50,919 nt of DNA from Trichinella spiralis (lineage: Eukaryota). The DNA is taken from contig NW_003526944.1 of the NCBI RefSeq assembly GCF_000181795.1, positions 1,145,204-1,196,122 on the forward strand, read 5' to 3'. Of the stretch, positions 36,800 through 50,919 are shown in pieces (the first letter of the stretch is position 1; each line of letters starts with the position of its first letter). Below the pieces are notes generated by a model. That model was not told where the DNA came from, searched no databases, and saw nothing but the letters and a program-made list of their open reading frames with translations. The position numbers and the translations under genes are program-made.

Positions 36800-38794
36800 A
36801 TGGAAAACTCCTCGGAAGACCCAGCAAAGAAAACCTTGGCCAGGTTGAATCAGCTCACTTCCATAGCTACGGCAGGTTCATCCGAAGCGCCCAACATATT
36901 CAAGACAGATGGTACTGGTTGTCGATATTAACAATTTGTTTTATAATTTTGCATATTTTAAGAGCATTACACTTTGGAAAGCACGACCGATTCTACTCGA
37001 GAAATCATGTTGGCGGAATTTCAACGTCGCAAACGAGCTCGTATGATGACACTCCCCACTGACGATTATGAAGTGAAGGCGCTTCTTCGACAGCTCGGGC
37101 ATCCGATATGTCTTTTTGGAGAAGACAAACCCGATCGACGAGAACGTTTGAGAAAGATTTTATCATTAATGGCCGAAGAAGAGGCGCACAGAATTTTGAG
37201 GCGCGAAGAGCCAGCTGTTGAAAGTCAAGAGGACGAAACTACTTGGTATCATGAAGGAAGTGAAGCTTTAAAAAGTGCTCGCATTTTCATTGCACAATAT
37301 TCTCTTCCTCGAGCAAAGGAACGTTTATTAAAAGCTCGGGAGCAAAAAAATATTCCAGGCCAGGAAAGAGCAATTCGACTTCAAGAAACTCACAAGTGGA
37401 TTTCTGTAATTTTTGTTTTTTTATACTTCGTTAACTTTCCGGTAATGGTTTTAACGCATATTGTGAATTTTAGACTGTCACCAACTTTAGTAGCCAGATT
37501 GGTGATGTTCGACCAGTAGTTTATTGTGATTTCAGTCCAGATTCAAAATTCATCGCTACAGCTGGTTGGTAATGCTTGAATTTCATCTATTTGTCGTATT
37601 GTAAAAATGAGCTGCAGCTTGATTAGGTCAAAGTACTTTTAGTAATTTAAATTAATTTATTGGTTTTCAGGAGTGGATTATGTAAAATTTGGTCTGTTCC
37701 TGACTGTAAATTGGTGAAAGAATTGCGCGGTCACAGTGTCAGCGCTTGCTGTGTCCGTTTTCATCCGAAATATGAAGAAAATCATATGCTTATAGGTAGC
37801 TGTGATCAAGAAGGTCGTGTAAAACTGTGGTCAATGAATGAGTAAGTCATTTACAAATATTATTTATTGTTTTATAAAGAAATTTTATCTTTCTAGAGAA
37901 AAGCCATTGCTCGATATCGATGACTGTGCACCTTATCGCGTTTCTCGTCTTGCTTTCCATCCTTCTGGAAGATTTATAGCCTATACATGGTATTTTGGAT
38001 TAAATAATAATTTCATTTGTTCATTTTTCATTTTGTACAGTTTTGATTGTTCTTGGCGACTGTACGATGTTGAAGTGAAGCAAGAAATATTGTACCAAGA
38101 AGGGCACAGCAAGTCAGTTTATGATATTGCATTTCAGTGCGATGGTTCTGTGGCTTTGACGGGGTTAGTAGTTATTAAAATGTAAGAGGTTTTTAAAGTG
38201 TATTCTTTTTTATTCTTTTTCAGAGGTTTAGATGCGTATGGCCGTGTATGGGATTTGCGTACAGGTCGTTGTGTAATGTTTCTCGAGAGTCATCAACGTT
38301 CTATCCTTACTGTGGATTTTTTACCGAATGGGTTTGTATTAGCTAAATAAATAATATTTGAAATATTATTAAAAAGAAATTTTTTTCATAATTAGTTACC
38401 AAATGGTATCAGGGAGTGCAGACAATTCTTGTAAAATATGGGACTTGAGGATGCGCCGCTGTATTTACACTTTGCCTGCCCATAATAGTTTGGTATCTAA
38501 AGTGTGCATAGATACGGCACACGGAGGCTACTTGTTGACTGGATCGTATGATTGTACAATTAAGGTTTGCATATTGTTTATTTTTATTTTATTCTCTTTT
38601 TTCATATTGTCAGTTTTCAGTTATGGACTAATCCAGGCTGGCAGCCGCTGAAAACTTTACAAGGTCACGAGAGCAAAGTTATGTGCGCATCTATATCTCC
38701 AGATGGGAATTGGATTGCTAGCTCATCTTATGATAGAACTTTCAAACTCTGGGCCCCGGAAAGTCCTCGTGACAAACAATTTATGGTTTCTTAA
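36800..38794 (+). CDS. PRPF4: U4/U6 snRNP protein Prp4 (SFM/PRP4 motif plus WD40 repeats)
   Basis: [87 protein letters not shown]. Confidence 0.96.
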
Positions 38795-38922
38795 TAAATT
38801 TATGAATATTTCACTTATGCATAGGTTTTGTTGTCAATCAGTTTTACAAATACTGAAACTGTTTTTCATCCGTATTTATAAGTGTTTCTTTTTGCCATTC
38901 ATCAACTTCAGCACACTTTAGC

Positions 38923-40101
38923 ATGTTGCCAATGGTTTATTTTTGGTCGTTGCTATTATTTGTTCTCAGTGCAACGGTAGTTATTTGGCAATTGTCGTCT
39001 ACATATCGTTACATTGTTAAAATGACCGTTTACTACAGTATCCTGTCAACGGCTAGCATTTTTATAACAATAATGGCTCTTGCGCGACCGATGAGCCTCC
39101 GAAATTTTCAGTAAAGCAATTTCTTTTATCGTTTTTTCTTCAACTGTATTACTTATCAATTTCGTGTCAAATTATGCAGGATGGTTCGATACGTTTTATA
39201 CTGGGTAGAACGCCTGTATCAGCTGAAAATTATCGTGCGTGGAGCCAGTCATCTCGAATCTTCGCAGCCGTTAATTGTCGTTTGCAATCATCAGAGTTCT
39301 CTAGATATTATACGTGAGTCATCGTTGGAATAATATTGTTTTCAAATTATTAATTATCTCTTTTTATTCATTGTCTTGCCACGCTCTAGCGATGATGCGA
39401 ATTTGGCCAGAACGTTGTGCACCATTGGCAAAAAAATCACTGAAATATATGGGTTTCTTTGGAATAGCGTCCATACTTTGCGGATGCGTATTTATAGATC
39501 GTTTCGATAAAAACAACGCTCGGAAAGTTATCAGCAGTACATTGAAGCATATAATAGAGCAAAAGGTGACTGCTTTATTTGTTTATTATTTATTAATTTA
39601 AAATGGAAGAATATGTTTCGAAAAGTGTACTTTTATAGATAAAGCTATGGGTATTTCCTGAAGGCACTAGAAATCGAGATTCCGGTTTGTTACCGTTTAA
39701 AAAAGGAGCATTTTATTTGGCCGTTCAAGCTCAAGTAAAATGAAAACAATGGGAAAAATAAAAATGCACGTTAAACATATTATTTATGTTTCAGATACCA
39801 ATTGTACCTGTGGTATTTTCTTCATACAGGAATTTTTACAGCAAGTTGGAGCGTCGTTTCGATTCGGGTAAGTGTACTTTATTTGCGACAATAAAAGTCA
39901 AAACTGTTGTTTATCAATATTCGCATGTTCGGTGGTAAAGGTGGTCTTATTATTGTGGAAGTGCTTCCACCGATTGATACTACTGGTAGCGATGAAAATC
40001 AAGTGGCAATGTTAGCAGAATCCACGAGACTGGAAATGCTCGAAACGTTCAACACAATTAGTGAAGAAGTTTCAGAATTGATGAATAAAGACAGTCTGTG
40101 A
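38923..40101 (+). CDS. 1-acyl-sn-glycerol-3-phosphate acyltransferase (AGPAT1/2, LPAAT)
   Basis: Acyltransferase blocks [28 protein letters not shown] and [10 protein letters not shown]-terminal TM segments. Confidence 0.93.
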
Positions 40102-40778
40102 TGATGATTCGTTTTATAAAAAAGAAAAAAGTATCTTTGTTTCGGGTTTTATCCATATTATGAAAACAGTTTTGAATGCTGTTTCTTATGATCGATTAAA
40201 TTTATTGAAATCATTTTGCTGCTACTTGTGAAATAAATTTTAATTTACAAACGATACGTTATGTATATATATAAGCAGATGGCTTTGTTTATTGGAGTGA
40301 TGCTGTGTTTGTTTTGTTTTGTTTATTTGGTTATTTTAGTTGTTGATTGTGCAAAGCATACTGAAGTTGTTGCAGTGCTTAAATGCAGATTTGTTCGTGT
40401 TGTAAAGGCCGCGTTAAAGCGAACAACAATCACTAGGAATATCTTAATATAACGTTCAGTTTTCAAAGAGTTAATGTAAACTGTAGGCCACAGTACTTTT
40501 GTACACCTGTCTATTGTCAGCACATGTAAAACTCCATCTAAAATTTTCACGTGTTAAAGTTATCGAATTTAAAACTAATTATGCAGAAATGAAAGTATAT
40601 TTTCTTTTGCATAAGAAAAAGCCTCACAAGTTACTTTCAAATCACCTTTTAACGTCAGGTTTGCAACGAGCTTGATTACACCTTCAAATTACAGTATTAC
40701 TTTTATGGGTAAAGTATTATTTTTGCAATTTGTACTCAGTTCAGAAAAGTTGGTTGTTTTCCACGAACTTTTATAAAA

Positions 40779-41547
40779 ATGAATTTTCAGAATGTGCCTT
40801 TATCTATTGTTGTATTTTTTAAAATGGTAAGCTTTGTTCATGTGTTTTAACTAAGGATGCGTTTATCTTTAAGATAATTTTCAAAACTGCGAAATGTCAA
40901 GTCTTTCTGCGCAGTATTTTTACTTTTCTATTATTTTTTCTCTAAAATTTACTTTATATACTTGCAATTGCTGTTCAACTGTATTTTAGGCTGTTCAAGT
41001 GATTATTTCAGTCTCTCCGGATGATTGCAAAGCAGTCGGTTTTACTCCCAACTTAGTGTGCAGTTCTTGCTCTGAATTATCTCAATATGGTTTGAAAGAA
41101 CTGGAGCCGAACTGTCGTCAGTGCTGTGCGAAGGACGAACTGTACGACGCTATAAACCAAGTGAGTTACCAGAAATTTGTATCTGCAAATTTTACAAACA
41201 AATTTGCCTGCATGTGATCTCATCCGATATTTGTCACTTGTAGAAATATCCATTTGCGGAGCTGGTAGTGTGTGGATGACGTTTGGGGCAGTACCCGCAA
41301 ATCCATGGTAAATTTGATCTCGATGCTAGTAAATGATGCATAAATAATGAGAATGTTTTCACTTTCAGCTTTTGTAAAGTCTGAAAAACCAAAAGAATGG
41401 CCTGGATTTCGGGTGCGTTATGAACGAGGAGCGAATCCTGTTATAAAATTATTTAATGAAAAGAAAGAGGTGGTCGAGACGTTGGGTATTGATAAATGGA
41501 ACACTGACACCATTGTTGAATTTCTTAATGAACGTGTTGAGAAATAA
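40779..41547 (+). CDS. SELENOF: Selenoprotein F (Sep15), Sec encoded by in-frame TGA 41277-41279
   Basis: Exons 40779-40826, 40990-41160, 41244-41307 and 41369-41547. Cys-rich CKAVGF..LVCSSC..CRQCC, then KYPFAELVVCG-U-RLGQYPQIH|AFVKS..VRYERGANPVIKL..IDKWNTDTIVEFL. Family homology continues past the TGA. Confidence 0.93.
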
Positions 41548-41574
41548 CATATCAGTATTCGCTCATTGCAGGGA

Positions 41575-41649
41575 CGGTTTTTCTTGTTTATGATAGGGCG
41601 CTGTTAAAGGTCGCAAGACTTGGGTTGCACTTGATGTACATGAGAACCG
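41575..41649 (+). promoter_or_regulatory. Type II SECIS element in the Sep15 3' UTR
   Basis: Helix I cggtt...aaccg; core ATGAT (41590) paired with TGAT (41632); 11-nt helix II arm; unpaired AAA 41606-41608; mini-stem ggtc-GCAA-gact; AATAAA downstream at 41684. Confidence 0.88.
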
Positions 41650-41987
41650 AATCCTCATCATTGTGTTTACACCATTCAAACTGAATAAATCTAATGTGAC
41701 CGGAAACCTGTTTTGTGTTGTTTTTTTGAGATAAAATTTTCAAAAGAAACAAAGTTGTTTACTTTAACCAATAGCGGGAAAAGTTTGTGCATAGTTTCCA
41801 ATGGTTTAAATTTTGTTGAACTGAACGACAGCTACAGAAGCGTACTTTAAAAGTTAAAACAAAGCTTATCGAGTTTAAAGTATGTTTTTAAAACTTTAAA
41901 CATTTTTTAACTTAAAATCTTCAGTAATTGTACTGTTTCTCATTGTTGTATTCGATCGGTAGTCGTCGCCGGCAAATACTCGTAGAA

Positions 41988-42688
41988 ATGGATCTCGAAT
42001 TTGTCCTTCAAGCACTTGCCATATTGTTCCACGTATTTTTTATGGTATTATATCCGCCCATTTCTTGCTTTCTGGTCTACAAGCTGTTGACGGGCGGTTA
42101 TTTTACCATTTTGCTCGGATATTTGATTTGGTTTATTTATGATTGGCAAACTCCGTCACAAGGATCTCGTCTTTCTATGTTTCTACGACGCACTTATTAC
42201 ATGAAGCTCTGCCAACAGTATTTTCCAATAACGTTGCGAAAAACGGCTGAACTCGATCCGTCGAAGAATTACATTATTGGTCATCATCCCCATGGAATAC
42301 TATCTTTTGGTGCGACAAATTTTTGTCAAGAGTATTCCGGCTTTTCTTCGTTATTTCCTGGCATGCAATCATACTTGTCAACTTTGAAAATGAACTTTTG
42401 GTTTCCTATTCGACGTGAATATTTTGAATTTCTGGGTTTGTTCTTATTTATATTTTAAGAATCACTTTACTCGGACTGAGCTTCTTTTCAAATACAATAA
42501 TAATTTATAATAGGTGTAACAGACTGCAGTAAAAATTCAATACATTATTTGCTTTCCCAACCTAAAAAAGGAACAGCAGTTGCTGTTGTAATCGGCGGAG
42601 CCGAAGAAGCTCTTGAAGCACATCCAGGAAAGCATCGTGTTGTTTTGAAATCACGTAAAGGATTCATTAAATTGGCACTTCATTGTGG
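41988..42688 (+). CDS. DGAT2/MOGAT-family N-terminal module A (exons 41988-42435, 42514-42688), with no intact own 3' exons
   Basis: YFP; KNYIIGHHPHGI; FPIRREY; VIGGAEEALEAHPG; SRKGFIKLALHCG|gtaaga. Confidence 0.85.
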
Positions 42689-43264
42689 GTAAGACATTAT
42701 GTTCATTTGTTATGTGTTGGTTCTTTGTTGAATTTTTTCTTTCATAAAAAAAGATTTTCAATTTAATATATTCTTCTCGATGCATAATTTCTGAGTTTAT
42801 TTCAAATGCAAAATTTTCACTTTCAAATGCCGAAATTGCATCATTGCATACTGTAATTATTAGGATGTTACTTGTCGATCACATATATTACCGTTTTATT
42901 TAGATTGATTTAACGGTAACATCAGCGTAAGTTTTGTTAACGATGCTTTAGAATGTTTTGTTCAATAAGATGGAATCAATTTTTGCATTTTAAATTTGTA
43001 AGTTATGCTTTTTGAAAGTCATGCTAGTTTGAGCTTGGTATTTTCGATGACGAATAGTTCTTTTTCCAGTGCAACTTTGGCAGGCGCTGTTTTCATGAAT
43101 TTATCGCTTTATGAAGACCAGCATATTTCTTTTGACATTAGTTTGTGATAAAATTTCAAATATATACTTATTTTGTTTGTTTTCCAACATTTCGTTAGCG
43201 TCTGTTTGTTGAAAATGCCTGTTTTGATTTGAACTAGCTTCTATCGATTCTCTACCTAGCAAGA

Positions 43265-44737
43265 ATGACTACGCTTACTTTCAGTACTGTAAAGCCAGTC
43301 TTGTTAAGCAGCTGTCAAGCAGTTGCGGTACTTTTTAATATTTTTGTAATACTCATCAGTCCCCTGCTAATTCTTTATTATATTTATTACATTCTCATGT
43401 ACACATCTTACTGGTGGGTAATGATGTTGTACTTTTTGTGGTATTTGTATGATTACGAATCTCCTCGGCGTGGATCGCATCTTTTCATGTGTTTGCGTCG
43501 GTGTTCACTTTTCAAATGCTTAGCTGATTATTTTCCAATATATTTGAAAAAAACTGCACCACTTTCCCCACGTAGAAATTATTTAATTGCCAATCATCCT
43601 CACGGTATAACGGCCGCAGGGCTGTTTGCCAACTTCCTGACCGAAGCGACCGGATTCAGCGACGCTTATCCAGGCATCACCACCTATCCGGGCACATTAG
43701 ACATCAATTTTTTGTTCCCGTTTCGACGTGAATATATGTTGATGTTAGGTTAGAACAAATTTTCAAAAAAAAACATATACAAACAAGCATGCAAGCAAAG
43801 ATTGTTTTGCACATGTAATAATAATATAGCATTCAGGGGCAATTTCTTGTGGTAGAGAGAGCGTTAAATATATGCTATCGAAGCCAGCAGGCGGGCATGC
43901 TGTCGTGTTGGCTGTCGGTGGCGCCGAAGAAGCTCTCGAAGCCCACCCTGGTGCAAGCAGGATCATATTGAAATCACGCAAAGGATTCGTCAGACTTGCT
44001 CTAATTTGTGGGTAAGGAGACAACTTTTGCATTGCAATTCTGCAATATTTTTGAGTCGCTCGCTTTTCACTTTTACCACATTCTTTTTTTGCATGCATGG
44101 CAACGACTGGAAATTATTAATAAATGATAATGATGATCAATTAATTGAGTGTTGTGTTGTTCTTTGATGTTCAAACAATATTCAGAACTATTAATATTTT
44201 ATTAAATTGTTTATAGAGCCTCATTGGTTCCATCATATTCATTCGGTGAGGTTGACGTGTTTGATCAGATCAATAATGAGAAAGGGTCGTTGTTGCGTAA
44301 AATGCAGGTAAAGTGTGTACTGATCAATTTATTTTTTCTCTTCTAATTGTTATTATTTTTCTTCGTCAATTGCCATTGTTGCAGGACTGGTTTCGCAAAA
44401 TTGCCACCTTCTCAACACCGATTTTTTACGGTTCTTACATATTCCTGCCATATCGTCGACCAATCTGCACTGTCGGTACGCCGAGTTGTTTATTTATTTA
44501 GTCATTTATTTGCATATAAACAGAAAGGGAGAGAGAAATTGATAATACAACTTAAAACAGTTTTTAATCTTTTCATTTCCAGTTGGTCGACCAATCGACG
44601 TGGAGAAATGTGAAGATCCAACACAAGAACAAATCGATCGTTTGCACGAAATTTATGTAAACGAACTGCTGACACTGTTCAACACTTACAAAGTATCCTA
44701 CGGCCTGCCTGAATCGGCACAGTTGGAAATACTCTGA
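43265..44737 (+). CDS. DGAT2/MOGAT-family acyltransferase, complete (module B plus 3' exons)
   Basis: Exons 43265-43748, 43837-44011, 44217-44307, 44385-44475 and 44583-44737. Motifs YFP, HPHG, GGAEEA, RKGFVRLAL, GASLVPSYSFGE, LPYRRPICTVVGRPI. Confidence 0.93.
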
Positions 44738-45150
44738 ATAACCAGTAAAGTTGTTGTTTAACATTTACATTTTATTAGCATTATGTAAGTTCACATGAAT
44801 TAAGCTATATAAACACTAATTGATGAACATTAAATAATTTTATAAAAGTGCGCGCTTTCATGAAAGCGATGCATACACACACACACACACGCGCGCGGAT
44901 ATATATATATGCATGATAACAAACAGAAATGAAACAAAAAATAAAAGATTATCGCAATTGAGCGGCCATTCAGAAGAATACATACAGGAGATAAATGATT
45001 TTCATTTTAAAGCAAAACAGAAAAACAACATAAGCATATAGAATGGATGCTGATTCTGAAAGGGAAAAGATAACTGAATAAATAAAAAAAAATTAAAACA
45101 TGGAATTGAGATGGGCAGCCGCGTTGTGCATGAGAAAACAGACATACAGG

Positions 45151-45176
45151 TATATATATATATATATATATATATA
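45151..45176. repeat. (TA)n microsatellite; (CA)n at ~44875-44890 nearby
   Basis: About 13 TA units read directly. Confidence 0.9.
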
Positions 45177-45374
45177 AGTGCTCACAAACCGCTATCTTTC
45201 TCTATAATGAGCAAAACAATAAATAAACTGGAGGCGAGCAAAAATTGTTGTTGTTTTTCAAATACACATTTCGTTTGGACGCAATCAGTATATAGTAGTT
45301 TTATAGTAGTAGATTTTCTGCTTTTCTCCAGTTTAAGTGCAAAGAAAAAGTAGAATTGCTTTTTTTTTTTGAAA

Positions 45375-50450
<5,076 letters not shown>

Positions 50451-50919
50451 CTGAAGCATAAGAAAAAAAGCTGTCAGAGAAAGAAAGTGCTTTCTTTGTT
50501 TTTCATCGCCCCCAAGAAGAAGAATGAATATTTTATTTATTTATTTGGAACAGCAAAGCATTATCATCATCATCATCATCATCACTTGTTGTCGTGTGAA
50601 ACTTTTTCAGTCAATCTGGCAAATAAAACTGCACTGAATCATCGTCCATCAAAAATGGTACCCATCATACGAAAATGAGTCAGTGTTAAAAAATTTTTTT
50701 TTAATAAATAAAATAAATGCAAATTCCTGCAAAACAAACGCAGCACCAATTTTTAATGGTAAATCGGGCAAAAAGCACATGTCACAATGGCGTTTGAAAC
50801 CAACAGCTGACGCTGACGATTGATAATTAGCTATTATTAAAAAGGCCAACTGATCTATATAGATATGGAATTAATTTTCGCCGCTTTTCTATTTTCCAAA
50901 CAGCAAACCGATTTTCCCT

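Noticed and set aside
41277..41279. Premature stop suggesting a Sep15 pseudogene
   Set aside because: The TGA sits exactly at the family Sec position, downstream exons are intact and a SECIS is present.

Overview
AT-rich, gene-dense eukaryotic DNA with many short (~55-90 nt) GT-AG introns. The style fits a nematode, most likely clade I such as Trichinella (inference). Genes were assembled by hand from exons, in order: 5' part of a Q/P/Y-rich gene (-), cereblon (+), secreted/lysosomal histidine acid phosphatase (+), ZMPSTE24 (-), GRIP golgin GCC2 (+), STAM (-), SCYL2 (+), Expansion/Rebuf-like MH2 protein (+), astacin with the catalytic Glu replaced by Val (-), orphan type I membrane protein (+), orphan secreted FN3-like protein (-), FBXO9 (-), PRPF4 (+), AGPAT (+), selenoprotein F/Sep15 (+), a DGAT2/MOGAT locus (+) and a 5'-truncated MAP4K4/misshapen/mig-15 kinase (-). 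Main highlights: (1) Sep15 with an in-frame TGA in its C-G-U motif and a clear type II SECIS hairpin, both missed by the ORF track; (2) a DGAT2 locus where two paralogous N-terminal exon pairs appear to share one set of 3' exons; (3) an operon-like PRPF4-AGPAT-Sep15-DGAT2 run; (4) a secreted pseudo-astacin; (5) a secreted FN3 protein with a homeodomain helix-3/penetratin-like segment. Family assignments come from recalled motifs, no database search was run, and exon boundaries are manual.
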